A DNA stretch of 64,000 bases from an uncultured Spirochaetales bacterium (GCA_964519835.1 CAZFLD010000002.1:73730-137729), one strand, 5' to 3'; positions 28,214-37,787 are shown, numbered from the stretch's first letter. A program made the numbers and translations. The notes: generated by a model not told the origin, from the sequence alone.

Positions 28214-29182
28214 GTGATCGACAACACCGCTTTGGTGCCGGATTGGGCAAGCCGGGTCGCGGATGAGGTAGAGACGGTCATCCGGGGCAAGCGAGAAACA
28301 ATTCTCCGTCTATTGACCGCCTTGCTTGCCGACGGCCACGTGCTCCTCGAGGACGTACCGGGAGTCGGTAAGACAATCCTCGCCCGAAGCCTTGCGGCCG
28401 CTTTAGGTGTTACTTTCTCGCGGATTCAGTGCACCCCGGACCTCTTGCCCGCCGACGTGCTCGGCCTATCAATCTACAACCCAAAGGACGGGAGCTTTGA
28501 GTTTCGCTACGGGCCCATTGTGGCAAACGTCGTTCTGGTGGATGAGATCAACCGCGCCACGCCACGGACGCAGTCGGCATTACTCGAGGCGATGGGCGAG
28601 GGCCAAGTAACTGTCGAGGGTCGCGAAGTAGAGCTCCCGGCGCCGTTTTTCCTTATCGCCACCGAAAACCCAATCGAATTCGAGGGAACATTCCCGCTTC
28701 CGGAAGCCCAGCGAGACCGCTTTCTCCTTGCCACAGCGGTCGGTTATCCCGACCGGCGCACGGAAAAGAGCCTTCTCTACGATCTGGCAAAACTCCAGCA
28801 CCCGGTAGCACGGGTGCGCGCCGTTACCACGGCGGAAGAGGTGGTTACAGTCCGTGCAGCCTGCGTCGATGTGTTTCTTTCAGACGACTGCGCGGAGTAC
28901 TTGCTCGCGATTGTCGAAGCCACACGCACGGAGCCGACCTTCGCCCTCGGTGCCTCCACCCGTGCTTCGATCGGGCTGTCGCGTGCAGCTCGTGTTCGGG
29001 CGGCGATAAACGGTCGCGACTTTGTAGTGCCGGAGGACATTCGTGACTTGGCTGTTTCCGTCCTGTGGAAACGGGTTGCACCGACTCCGGATGCAGTGGT
29101 TCGCAATATGGACACCAGACAGACGCTCGATTCCATCGTGCAACGAACCAGGGTACCGGTGCTGTCGGACGAGTCGCCGTAG
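28214..29182 (+). CDS. MoxR-family AAA+ ATPase (copy 2)
   Basis: GHVLLEDVPGVGKTILAR, NVVLVDEINRATPRTQSALLEAM, FFLIATENPIEFEGTFPLPEAQRDRF. GTG 28214 is the first plausible start after the fabF stop. Confidence 0.85.
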   Translation: MIDNTALVPDWASRVADEVETVIRGKRETILRLLTALLADGHVLLEDVPGVGKTILARSLAAALGVTFSRIQCTPDLLPADVLGLSIYNPKDGSFEFRYGPIVANVVLVDEINRATPRTQSALLEAMGEGQVTVEGREVELPAPFFLIATENPIEFEGTFPLPEAQRDRFLLATAVGYPDRRTEKSLLYDLAKLQHPVARVRAVTTAEEVVTVRAACVDVFLSDDCAEYLLAIVEATRTEPTFALGASTRASIGLSRAARVRAAINGRDFVVPEDIRDLAVSVLWKRVAPTPDAVVRNMDTRQTLDSIVQRTRVPVLSDESP

Positions 29183-29201
29183 GCCCAGGAGCACCTCGCC
29201 T

Positions 29202-30299
29202 ATGCAGGCAAAATCGATATTGTACGTCTTGTTCTGTGCAGTGCTCGTCATCTTCGGTGGCCTGTTTTTTTTGAGGTGGCTTGGTGTTTTTTTGCTCGTA
29301 GTAGTCGGCGTATCAAAGGCGTATTCGGCCATACTCCGGCGCGGAATCGTTGCCGCGCGGACAGTGGACAGGCGATACCTTTTCCGGTACGAGTCCGTGG
29401 ATATCGGCGTTCGAATCGAGAACAACAGCCTTCTGCCGAGTTTCCCGTTGGTGGTCGTAGATAGGGCACCGGGTCTCTACACAAACGGTCGCGAAGCCCA
29501 CATGCTCAAGGTTGGGCCTCAGCTGGACGGCAACCTGAGTTACACCGTTATACCACGGCACCGCGGTGTCTTTGAGTTGGGCCCCCTAACGGTGGGCGGA
29601 GCAGACCCCCTCGGCCTTTTCCCCTTTGAGCTTCGCTTCGTGGATCCTGCCGAAGTGGTGATTCTTCCCGATATCCGAAGAATCGATTTTCCCAAAAAGC
29701 CGATAATCCCCGGTGGCCCCGCCACCACAAACGACCCGCGATTCGAGGAAATCCAACTCCCCGTATCGATCCGAGACTATGTTCCCGGCGATCGTATGCG
29801 CCTCGTACACTGGAAGGCGTCGGCCCGCCTCGGCCGCCTTGTTGTGCGCAAACCCGCGAGACAGGCCCTGGTGCCGACGGTCATACTCCTGGATCTCCGT
29901 GCCGGGGCGTATCCGCTGCGCCACCGCGGTCACAACATCGAGCGTGCCGTAGAAGCCGCGACCGCGCTGACCGTGCAGCTGACTACCAAGGGGCACCCGG
30001 TCGGCCTTTTATGCCTCGGCGAGACAAGAGACTGGCTCCCGCCGTCGGCAGGCATTGGAAGCCTTCACGAAATCCTCCGAACCCTCGCACGGGCAAAACA
30101 AACCGACCGTATGGACCGCCTGGCCGACGCGTTGCTCCCGCTTCCCCGGACCAATCACTTGGCATTTGTGGGACCGCCCACCGACCTGGGAGTTGTTATC
30201 GCACGGTTCGATCGTGGAAGACTCTCGATGTATCTGGTCGGCGCGGAAGGGCCCATTCCGCCCGGCGCGGTGAGAGTGAGGACCCACGGTGACTTTTAG
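29202..30299 (+). CDS. DUF58-family protein (copy 2)
   Basis: Signature IRDYVPGDRMRLVHWKASARLGRLVVRK and two N-terminal TM segments. ATG 29202 lies after the MoxR stop. Confidence 0.8.
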   Translation: MQAKSILYVLFCAVLVIFGGLFFLRWLGVFLLVVVGVSKAYSAILRRGIVAARTVDRRYLFRYESVDIGVRIENNSLLPSFPLVVVDRAPGLYTNGREAHMLKVGPQLDGNLSYTVIPRHRGVFELGPLTVGGADPLGLFPFELRFVDPAEVVILPDIRRIDFPKKPIIPGGPATTNDPRFEEIQLPVSIRDYVPGDRMRLVHWKASARLGRLVVRKPARQALVPTVILLDLRAGAYPLRHRGHNIERAVEAATALTVQLTTKGHPVGLLCLGETRDWLPPSAGIGSLHEILRTLARAKQTDRMDRLADALLPLPRTNHLAFVGPPTDLGVVIARFDRGRLSMYLVGAEGPIPPGAVRVRTHGDF

Positions 30300-31833
30300 G
30301 ACCGAGTCGTACCGCATACTCGCACACCCTCTGCTGGCATTTGTGCCGGGACTTTTGTTTTTGATCGTGCTCGGAAACGCAACGGCTTTTTTCCTTGACC
30401 TGGAGAGAATACCGCTGTCCACGGCAATCATGGGCCCGACGGGCTTGGTGGTGGAATCCGTGATGCGGGCGATTCGTCGTGCCCAGGCCAGACGCGGTGG
30501 AACGCAGAGCCGTTTGCGAGAAATCGCTTTCGTGTTGGTGGCCGGCTACTTGCTCGGATCTTTCGGTCGTATTGTCCAAGGGACCGGAGTAGCCGGTGCG
30601 GCGGGGCCGCTCGATGTTTTCTCCCCCGGCATCGGAAATATCTACCCAACCGTTGCCGCTCTTGCCGGGTGGTTCCTGGCGTTTGCGATCAACGGACGGC
30701 TGATTTACCACGATCGGTTCTTGTCCTTAACTCAGGGTCTCGGGGAAAACGAACTCTACCTGGCAATCCGCAATAACGCCGATATCGGCCGCGCCTTCTA
30801 TTTCACCATGAAGACTCTGCGCGCCATTTATTCCTGGCTCGCAATCGGGGCCATCGCCGTGCACCTGCTTGCCCATGCGGTCTCGGAGTATGCCGACCTC
30901 TCGGTAGCTCCACCCCGGCACTTCGCGGCCGTTGTTCTGGTGCTTGTCACCATTGCCGCCCGCACGACCGTTCGGATTATCGCCGAGAAGGGCTATACCG
31001 AGTCGCTCGGGGTGTCGGTATCGCGAAGGCTCGAGTCGCGGCGCATTATCGTTGCGATCGCCGGCGTGTTGCTCTTGGCGCCCGCCGCAATGATTCTGAC
31101 CCCGTCGAGGCCCATCGTGCCCGCGGCTTGGCTGGACGCGTTTTTCTCCTGGCTTGCATCGCTTTTTACTTCCCAACCCGGCAAAGCCGTGGAGCAGGCG
31201 CCAACGTTCGCGGACTTCGAGCGCATGCGCGCCTACCTAAACGAGTTATCGGCATATCAAGACTCGACCGGTCCCCCTGAGTGGCTTCAAACCCTCGCGG
31301 TTGTCCTTAGAACCATCCTGATTGTTGTGGCGATTGCTGCGTTTGTGGGGTTCATGGTGTATCCGCTTTTCACCCGGCGGCGTGGGCGAGCCCGGCACGA
31401 CCTCCTCAGACGGCGAATCCTCAGCGCGTGGTACGAGTTTCTGCGGTTTGTCCGCAAAGTCGTCCTTTTTGTGAGGCTGCTCGGCCGTCGGATTCGTGCC
31501 GGCGGGCAAAGCGCGCGCGGGGACGCCCCGTCTCGGTCTGCGTCTTCACCCATCACCTTCGACAGAAAACGGCGACGGCAGAGTAGGCGCCTTGACCGAC
31601 TGTTTATGGAATTGGTCACGTCGGCAAAAAAGGCACACATCGCCTATCACCCAACCGACAGCCTATCGGACTTCCTCGATCGGGCGTCTCGACATGTGGG
31701 AAACGGTAAGCCCGGGCGGCTACTGACTCTGTTCTACCGTGGACGCTACGGACCCTCCGGCCTCAATCGAGCCGAATTGCACACGCTTACGGGAGAGGTG
31801 AGAGCTTTTGCAAAATCTATGTCGACCTTATGA
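30289..31833 (+). CDS. Polytopic membrane protein with DUF4129-like C-terminus, no transglutaminase core
   Basis: Multiple TM segments. The C-terminal PTDSLSDFLDRASRH...LLTLFYRGRYGPSG parallels the C-terminus of the 18742 TGase protein. GTG start overlaps the DUF58 stop by 11 nt. Confidence 0.65.
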   Translation: MTFRTESYRILAHPLLAFVPGLLFLIVLGNATAFFLDLERIPLSTAIMGPTGLVVESVMRAIRRAQARRGGTQSRLREIAFVLVAGYLLGSFGRIVQGTGVAGAAGPLDVFSPGIGNIYPTVAALAGWFLAFAINGRLIYHDRFLSLTQGLGENELYLAIRNNADIGRAFYFTMKTLRAIYSWLAIGAIAVHLLAHAVSEYADLSVAPPRHFAAVVLVLVTIAARTTVRIIAEKGYTESLGVSVSRRLESRRIIVAIAGVLLLAPAAMILTPSRPIVPAAWLDAFFSWLASLFTSQPGKAVEQAPTFADFERMRAYLNELSAYQDSTGPPEWLQTLAVVLRTILIVVAIAAFVGFMVYPLFTRRRGRARHDLLRRRILSAWYEFLRFVRKVVLFVRLLGRRIRAGGQSARGDAPSRSASSPITFDRKRRRQSRRLDRLFMELVTSAKKAHIAYHPTDSLSDFLDRASRHVGNGKPGRLLTLFYRGRYGPSGLNRAELHTLTGEVRAFAKSMSTL

Positions 31834-32379
31834 GAGACCTTTGATACGGTCGCGGAGCCGGGCGGCCTCTTCGTAATCCTCTTCCTCGACCGCCTTTTCG
31901 AGCTGAGTCATCAGTTGATTTTTCTCAATATCTTGTGCGGAGGGGAACGCGGCCTCCGATTCACCTTCGCTAATAAGGTTCACGGCGATGCCGGCTTCCT
32001 CAACTACAGACTCAGCAATCAGGACGGGGCACTTTATCCGCGCCGCCATCCCCAACGCGTCCGAAGGGCGCGCATCGATTGAGAGCCGCTTCAAACCCTG
32101 TTTGAGGATGATCTGGGCGTAAAACGTCTGCTGCTTGAGGTCGGTGATTTCCACTTTTTCCATGGTCAAGCCGGCTTTCTCGAGAACCGAGATCATAAGA
32201 TCATGAGTGAGGGGGCGCGGCATCGGTACATTGCCAAGGCCGATGAGTATCGACTGGGCCTCGAGCTGGCCGATAAAAATCGGCACCGCTCTCTCAGATC
32301 CCATTGGACGAACAAGCACAGCATTCCCCTTGTCCGTTCGCGCGACAGTCCAGATTTCTGCTTCTACGAGCATATGCAT
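31828..32379 (-). CDS. Bifunctional nuclease (DUF151/BFN) family protein with C-terminal UVR motif
   Basis: AVPIFIGQLEAQSI, RPLTHDL, ARPSDALGMA, and a terminal EDYEEAARLRDRIKGL (UvrB/C-like). Start set to ATG 32379; the track ORF TTG 32415 would overlap the predicted promoter. Confidence 0.75.
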   Translation of the reverse strand: MHMLVEAEIWTVARTDKGNAVLVRPMGSERAVPIFIGQLEAQSILIGLGNVPMPRPLTHDLMISVLEKAGLTMEKVEITDLKQQTFYAQIILKQGLKRLSIDARPSDALGMAARIKCPVLIAESVVEEAGIAVNLISEGESEAAFPSAQDIEKNQLMTQLEKAVEEEDYEEAARLRDRIKGLS

Positions 32380-32393
32380 TTCAACTGTAGTAA

Positions 32394-32422
32394 AGTCTAC
32401 TACCCCAAAGATCAAGATTCAA
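32394..32422 (-). promoter_or_regulatory. Candidate promoter for the BFN nuclease gene
   Basis: TTGAAT (32422-32417), 17 nt, TAGACT (32399-32394) on the minus strand in an AT-rich intergenic patch. Confidence 0.3.
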
Positions 32423-32516
32423 TTCATGTGTACGATCACGACAAGGTCCGCTTGGCCTTCTCGTTGGCCGGGGATTTCGATACATTCTGAGCGAAATCTA
32501 GTCCGGGGGATAAAGA

Positions 32517-33656
32517 ATGATTGTTGGAGCAGTAAAAGAAACCCGTGACGGCGAAAGACGCGTGTCGTTGGTTCCGGCCGGCGTCCCGGAAGTTCGGAAA
32601 CTGACGGCGGAGGTATGGATTGAGCGTGGAGCGGGTATGGCTTCCGGTTACACCGACGCCGAGTACGAGGCGAAGGGTGCGAAAATCGTCGATCGAAGCC
32701 GCATCCTGGAAAGTGCCGACATCGTTCTGGCTGTGCGCTGGGCCGCGGCGAACCCAGGCTCCTCGGACAGTCCAGGTAAAAACGGACAAACGGCAATCGG
32801 ACTTATGGAGCCCTACCAGCCGGACCCGTCCTTCTCGCGTCTAAAAGAGGCGGGGATTACCGCCTTTGCGATGGAGCGGATGCCCCGTATCACACGCGCC
32901 CAAGCCATGGACGCGCTGAGCTCGATGGCGAATTTGGCCGGCTACAAGGCGGCGCTTCTTGCAGCTGAGAACCTTCCAAAAATGTTCCCTATGATGATGA
33001 CGGCGGCCGGGACGATCGTTCCGGCCAAGGTTTTTGTGGTGGGCGTCGGCGTTGCCGGCCTGCAAGCAATTGCTACAACCAAGCGACTCGGGGCGGTGGT
33101 CAGCGCGTACGATGTGCGGCCGGCGGTAAAAGAGCAAGTGGAAAGTCTGGGAGCCAAGTTTGTGGATATTGAGCTGGGAACGGAGGACTCCGAAGATACA
33201 GGCGGATACGCCCGCGCAATGGATGAGGGTTTTTACAGGAAGCAGCGTGAGATGATGACACAGGTGGTGGCCGACAGCGACGTGGTAATCACCACCGCCG
33301 CGATACCCGGAAAGCCGTCGCCGGTTCTGGTCACCAAGGAAATGGTTCAGGGTATGCGGCCGGGCTCGGTTATCGTAGACCTTGCGGTTGAGCGTGGAGG
33401 AAACTGCGAGCTCTCGGAGGCGGGCAAAACGGTGGAAAAGCACAACGTAACCATCCTGGGGCCCATCAACCTGCCTTCATCGGTGCCCTTCAACGCAAGC
33501 CAACTCTACTCGAGGAACATCACGAGCTTTCTATCAGCCGTTGTAAAAGACGGTGCGGTAAACGTCGACATGGACGACGAAATCATTGCCGCCACCGTGG
33601 TAACCCACGACGGCGAGGTACCAAACGACGAGTTACGGGCACAACTCGAGCTGTAA
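32517..33656 (+). CDS. pntAA: NAD(P) transhydrogenase subunit alpha, part 1 (dI)
   Basis: Alanine-dehydrogenase/PNT fold: VKETRDGERRVSLVP, the Rossmann motif VFVVGVGVAGLQAI, and AIPGKPSPVLVT. Confidence 0.9.
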   Translation: MIVGAVKETRDGERRVSLVPAGVPEVRKLTAEVWIERGAGMASGYTDAEYEAKGAKIVDRSRILESADIVLAVRWAAANPGSSDSPGKNGQTAIGLMEPYQPDPSFSRLKEAGITAFAMERMPRITRAQAMDALSSMANLAGYKAALLAAENLPKMFPMMMTAAGTIVPAKVFVVGVGVAGLQAIATTKRLGAVVSAYDVRPAVKEQVESLGAKFVDIELGTEDSEDTGGYARAMDEGFYRKQREMMTQVVADSDVVITTAAIPGKPSPVLVTKEMVQGMRPGSVIVDLAVERGGNCELSEAGKTVEKHNVTILGPINLPSSVPFNASQLYSRNITSFLSAVVKDGAVNVDMDDEIIAATVVTHDGEVPNDELRAQLEL

Positions 33657-33670
33657 TCCGGAGGAACAAC

Positions 33671-33949
33671 ATGAGTTTTATCGGCATCTTAACCATATTT
33701 GTCCTGGCGGTCTTTGTGGGCTTCGAGGTAATAACAAAGGTCCCGCCAATCTTGCACACTCCGCTTATGTCGGGCTCCAACGCCATATCGGGCATCACGG
33801 TGATCGGTGCAATTATCGCTCTTGGCGCCGGCACCTCTCTGATTACGCAGATACTCGGTGTAGTCGCCCTCGTCTTTGCCACCACCAACGTGGTTGGTGG
33901 CTTTTTGGTCACCCACCGTATGCTCAAGAAATTTCGGAAAAAGGACTAA
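33671..33949 (+). CDS. pntAB: NAD(P) transhydrogenase subunit alpha, part 2 (membrane)
   Basis: 92 aa, 3 TM segments, with TPLMSGSNAISGI. Sits between pntAA and pntB. Confidence 0.85.
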   Translation: MSFIGILTIFVLAVFVGFEVITKVPPILHTPLMSGSNAISGITVIGAIIALGAGTSLITQILGVVALVFATTNVVGGFLVTHRMLKKFRKKD

Positions 33950-33952
33950 TCC

Positions 33953-35359
33953 ATGCCTTCGGAACTTGCCGATCTCTTTTACCTCATAGCGGCCGTGCTT
34001 TTTGTGCTCGGCCTAAAGGGTCTCTCACATCCTCGCAGTGCGGTGCGGGGCAACCTCCTTGGCGCCATTGGCATGCTGGTTGCAATTGTTGTCACCCTGG
34101 TTGTGCAAGTCGGGCTTCCATGGGAGCTGATTGTCCTGGGCATCGGCATCGGGTCGGTCTTCGGGGCGATTCTCGCGCTTCGCATTCAGATGACGGCGAT
34201 GCCGCAGCTTGTCGGCCTCTACAACGGCTTCGGCGGCGCCGCCTCGGTTCTGGTGGCGGGCGCGGTGCTCATTCAGGCGGCATCGATGCTTGGAACACTC
34301 GGAGGCCCCTCCGGCCTACCGCTCCAAGAGCTGATCGCCACTGCCGCCTCCGGGCTAATCGGCGCAGTCACCTTTTTCGGGAGCCTTATTGCGTTTGGAA
34401 AACTGCAAGGAATCGTCACCGAAAAACCTGTCCGCTACAAAGGCGAGCAGGTCGTCAAGATTCTTCTCCTTGGAGGCTCAATTGCCGCGGCCGTCGTTTT
34501 GGTGATTGACCCCGAGCTAACCTACCTATACTGGGTCCTCGCGGGGGTCGCCTCGATCCTCGGCCTATTCCTGGTTATTCCAATCGGCGGCGCGGATATG
34601 CCGATAGTAATCGCCCTGTTGAACTCTTACTCCGGCTTGGCCGCCGCGGCAACCGGATTTGTCCTTTCGAACTCGGTGCTGATCATCTCCGGCTCGTTGG
34701 TCGGTGCCTCGGGGATTATCCTCACACGGATAATGTGCAAGGCTATGAATCGATCGTTGGCGAATGTCCTGTTCGGCGGCGTCGGCGCCGTTGTGGAAGG
34801 CGCCGCGTCCGACGACATCTACGCGGGCAAGGTCAAGTCCACCTCCGCTGAAGAGGTCGCGATGATCCTAAAAGGCGCCCAGCGTGTCGTAATCGTGCCG
34901 GGCTACGGCATGGCCGTCGCGCGAGCTCAGACGGCCGTCCGGTTGATGTCCGAGGCGCTCGAGAGAGACGGTATAGAGGTGGAGTTCGGCATCCATCCGG
35001 TTGCAGGCCGCATGCCGGGGCATATGAATGTTCTCTTGGCTGAGGAGAATATCTCGTACGACAAACTACGCGAGATGGATCAGATCAACCCAAGCTTTCC
35101 CAACACCGACGTTGCGATCGTCCTCGGCGCCAACGATGTTGTGAATCCCTCGGCGCGCGAGGCCACCGGGAGCCCGATATCCGGCATGCCGATTCTCGAT
35201 GTCGACAAGGCCCGGACGGTTGTGGTCATCAAGCGAAGCATGAGCCCCGGTTTCGCGGGAATCCCCAATCCGCTTTTTGCCGCCGACAACACGCTGATGT
35301 ACTTCGGAGACGGAAAGGTGGCGATGGAGGGCCTGGTCACGGCCTACAAGGACGCGTAG
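33953..35359 (+). CDS. pntB: NAD(P) transhydrogenase subunit beta
   Basis: Polytopic N-terminus plus a dIII domain (VIVPGYGMAVARAQ, HPVAGRMPGHMNVLLAE, VLGANDVVNP). Confidence 0.9.
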   Translation: MPSELADLFYLIAAVLFVLGLKGLSHPRSAVRGNLLGAIGMLVAIVVTLVVQVGLPWELIVLGIGIGSVFGAILALRIQMTAMPQLVGLYNGFGGAASVLVAGAVLIQAASMLGTLGGPSGLPLQELIATAASGLIGAVTFFGSLIAFGKLQGIVTEKPVRYKGEQVVKILLLGGSIAAAVVLVIDPELTYLYWVLAGVASILGLFLVIPIGGADMPIVIALLNSYSGLAAAATGFVLSNSVLIISGSLVGASGIILTRIMCKAMNRSLANVLFGGVGAVVEGAASDDIYAGKVKSTSAEEVAMILKGAQRVVIVPGYGMAVARAQTAVRLMSEALERDGIEVEFGIHPVAGRMPGHMNVLLAEENISYDKLREMDQINPSFPNTDVAIVLGANDVVNPSAREATGSPISGMPILDVDKARTVVVIKRSMSPGFAGIPNPLFAADNTLMYFGDGKVAMEGLVTAYKDA

Positions 35360-35381
35360 AAACCGACCGGCGGCGGCGAGC

Positions 35382-36614
35382 TTAATTGTCTTTGTACCGG
35401 TTGGCGATTGTTTTGATGTTGGGAAGAACTTCAAAAAAGACTTCGAGGAGCTCGGGATCAAACTGCGTGCCTGAGGCATGCCGCATCTCCTCGAGCACCT
35501 CCTCTTCGGTCCAGGCCTCTTTGTAAACACGTTTGCTACTTAGAGCATCGTAGACGTCCGCAAGAGCAACTATTCGGCCAAACAGGGGAATTTCGGTTCC
35601 TTGCTTGCCGACAGCCTTTCCGTTGCCGTCCTCCTGCAGCGGCTCTCCGGTTTCCACGTCGATGTGGCCGGGGTAGCCGTTGCCGTCCCACCGCTCATGA
35701 TGGTTTAGGGCGACAATTCCGGCCATTTCGTCGAACTCCGACTGAACATCGAGGAACAATCGGCCGCCCTTCCAGGTATGAGACTTCATGATCTCGTATT
35801 CGTCGTCGGTGAACCGCGCCGGCTTTTTGAGGATAGTGTCGGAAATAGCTACCTTGCCGACGTCGTGAAGCATAGCGGACATACGGAGCAGGTCGCGATT
35901 TCGTTCGATCTGCTTGGCGGGTAGGCCTACGCGATTTGCCCAGCGCTCGTAGATTTCCACCGCATAGCCGGCAACCCGGTTTACGTGTGGTCCGGTTTCC
36001 TTTGGGTCACGAAGCTCGGCCATGCTTATCATCCGTAACAAGATGGCGCGGGTCATTTGCGCCCGCTGGAGCGCGACGGTGGCGTTTTGAGCGAAGTGCG
36101 AAACGACAAGCTCATCTTCGGCGTCAAAGGGAATGACGTTACCGTCGTCGTCCATGGCGTTGATGACCTGAATAACGCCGAGTATTTCGCCGGTGTTTGT
36201 CTGGAGCGGCGAGGTGAGCATGGAGCGAGTCGTGTACCCCGAGGCCTTGTCGGTCTCCTTGTTGAAACCGTAGGGAGCCTCTTCCGGGATGTTGTAGCAG
36301 TCCGGAATGTTCACCGGTTCCGCGGTGACGGCGGTGTATCCGGCGATCGATCTCTCGTTTATCGGGAAGGAGAAGATGTTGTAGATCAACTTCTGCCCCG
36401 GCGGGAGATCCGCCTGCATGGTGTCGTTTTGCGCGTAACTGATGACCAGCTCATCTCCCCGTGTCCGGTAGATTGAGCCCGCATCCGCATTTACAATGCG
36501 GCGCGCCTCTCGCAGGATGCGCTCGAGAAGTATATCCAGGTCTTGTATTTGATTGAGTTCAGAATCGAGGGAGATGACCTCCCGTAGTTTTCGGTCTTCG
36601 CTGCTGGTGCTCAT
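35382..36614 (-). CDS. GAF domain / HD-GYP domain protein (c-di-GMP phosphodiesterase type)
   Basis: HD-GYP motifs MLHDVGKVAI, HHERWDGNGYPGH, ALADVYDALSSKRVYK, with an N-terminal GAF-like domain. ATG 36614 is preferred over the track TTG 36632. Confidence 0.85.
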   Translation of the reverse strand: MSTSSEDRKLREVISLDSELNQIQDLDILLERILREARRIVNADAGSIYRTRGDELVISYAQNDTMQADLPPGQKLIYNIFSFPINERSIAGYTAVTAEPVNIPDCYNIPEEAPYGFNKETDKASGYTTRSMLTSPLQTNTGEILGVIQVINAMDDDGNVIPFDAEDELVVSHFAQNATVALQRAQMTRAILLRMISMAELRDPKETGPHVNRVAGYAVEIYERWANRVGLPAKQIERNRDLLRMSAMLHDVGKVAISDTILKKPARFTDDEYEIMKSHTWKGGRLFLDVQSEFDEMAGIVALNHHERWDGNGYPGHIDVETGEPLQEDGNGKAVGKQGTEIPLFGRIVALADVYDALSSKRVYKEAWTEEEVLEEMRHASGTQFDPELLEVFFEVLPNIKTIANRYKDN

Positions 36615-36739
36615 ATGTAAAACAAGGCGCAACCACGACCCGGTGCGCTTACCCTTAATATCGGACTAATGATAAGGCCATGTGAAGCGAAAATCCATGG
36701 TTATTCACAAGAGAGTGGAGAGAGTTGCGTTTTTGAACC

Positions 36740-36758
36740 AAAAAGGCCGGTAACCGGC
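36740..36758 (-). terminator. Rho-independent terminator candidate after rpmB
   Basis: The minus strand reads GCCGG-TTA-CCGGC followed by CTTTTT, beginning 6 nt after the rpmB stop. The stem is short (5 bp). Confidence 0.45.
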
Positions 36759-36764
36759 GAACGG

Positions 36765-37004
36765 CTAAATGACGTCCTTGATCTTGAGGCCGCTTTTTTT
36801 GAGGTACGCGATCAAGCCGATCTTCGTAATGGTTCGAAGAGCGTAGGCCGAGACCCGAATACGCACCGTGCGGTCGAGCTCCGGCACGTAGATCCGTTTT
36901 TTGTGAAGGTTCGGGGCCTGCTTCATGCGCGTCTTGTTGTGCGCATGCGAAACATTATTACCGGCGAGAACGCGCTTTCCTGAGATCTTGCACTGTCGAG
37001 GCAT
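36765..37004 (-). CDS. rpmB: 50S ribosomal protein L28
   Basis: MPRQCKISGKRVLAGNNVSHAHNKTRMKQAPNL is the typical L28 N-terminus. 79 aa. Confidence 0.9.
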   Translation of the reverse strand: MPRQCKISGKRVLAGNNVSHAHNKTRMKQAPNLHKKRIYVPELDRTVRIRVSAYALRTITKIGLIAYLKKSGLKIKDVI

Positions 37005-37014
37005 TTCCGGACTC

Positions 37015-37185
37015 CTAGACCTTACCCGATTCCTTGTAGAGCACGTGCTTACGTACGACCGGGTCGTACTTCATAAGCTCCATCTTGTCCGGGGTGTTCT
37101 TCTTGTTTTTTGTCGTGTAATAGCAATGGGGGCTCTCGGAGCTCTTTAATCGAACTCGAACTAGATTCCCTTTTTTCTTGGCCAT
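37015..37185 (-). CDS. rpmG: 50S ribosomal protein L33 (56 aa; absent from the supplied ORF track)
   Basis: Hand translation gives [56 protein letters not shown]. This matches the L33 pattern (YxTxKNKRNxPxKLELxKYxPxxRKHxxxKE). AGGAG lies 6 nt upstream; the gene ends 10 nt upstream of rpmB. Confidence 0.85.
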   Translation of the reverse strand: MAKKKGNLVRVRLKSSESPHCYYTTKNKKNTPDKMELMKYDPVVRKHVLYKESGKV

Positions 37186-37220
37186 GGCCAGCTCCTGATC
37201 AAATACCGATGAACCAACAC

Positions 37221-37249
37221 TATATAACGGCTTTCGGTGGGCTGGTCAA
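37221..37249 (-). promoter_or_regulatory. Candidate sigma70-type promoter for rpmG-rpmB
   Basis: TTGACC (37249-37244), 17 nt, TATATA (37226-37221) on the minus strand, about 35 nt upstream of the rpmG ATG. Confidence 0.5.
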
Positions 37250-37362
37250 GTCCGCTTCGGCGGGAACGGTAGCGATGAGTTGGGCACGTCGTGGGTCCTC
37301 GTTTCGCCGCGGGTCCGATGGTGCCCGCCGCAGATCCACGGCACTTGTCGCCGACACGCCGG

Positions 37363-37686
37363 CTACGATCTGCGGCGCCAGAATCGCCTGTAGCCGCGGC
37401 CCACCTCCGCGAATGAAAACCGCTCCGGTACCGGGTCATCGCCACCGGTGTACAGGCCCCCGGCGCAGCGGAAAACCCGCGCGAGACCCAACACCAGTCC
37501 GCGCAGGAGGCCAAAGCGTTCGATCGATCCTTGCATATAGCGGGAGCAGCTCGGTTCGTAGATACAGCTGCCCGGCAGTATGGGAGACACCAATCCCCGA
37601 TACAAAATGATGGGGAACACGAGCAGTTTGCGAAAAGCCCAGACAGTCTTGTGTGCCGCGATGCGGAGGAATTGATACACCCTCAC
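37363..37686 (-). CDS. yidD: Membrane protein insertion efficiency factor YidD
   Basis: ILYRGLVSPILPGSCIYEPSCSRYMQGSIERFG is the YidD signature. Start uncertain (GTG 37686 or 37680); the track ORF start (37839) abuts the divergent gene and crosses its predicted promoter. Confidence 0.7.
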   Translation of the reverse strand: MRVYQFLRIAAHKTVWAFRKLLVFPIILYRGLVSPILPGSCIYEPSCSRYMQGSIERFGLLRGLVLGLARVFRCAGGLYTGGDDPVPERFSFAEVGRGYRRFWRRRS

Positions 37687-37757
37687 GGTCCACAAGGTAG
37701 CGACGTGCTGATGATAGGTCGAGCCCGCGGAGAGAGTTTGGCCAAACCCGCCACGAT

Positions 37758-37787
37758 TTGCATAAATATCCGATTTTGTTGTATAGT
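37758..37787 (+). promoter_or_regulatory. Candidate promoter for the DUF4914-like gene
   Basis: TTGCAT (37758-37763), 18 nt, TATAGT (37782-37787). GGAGA SD at 37831-37835, ATG 37840. Confidence 0.5.
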
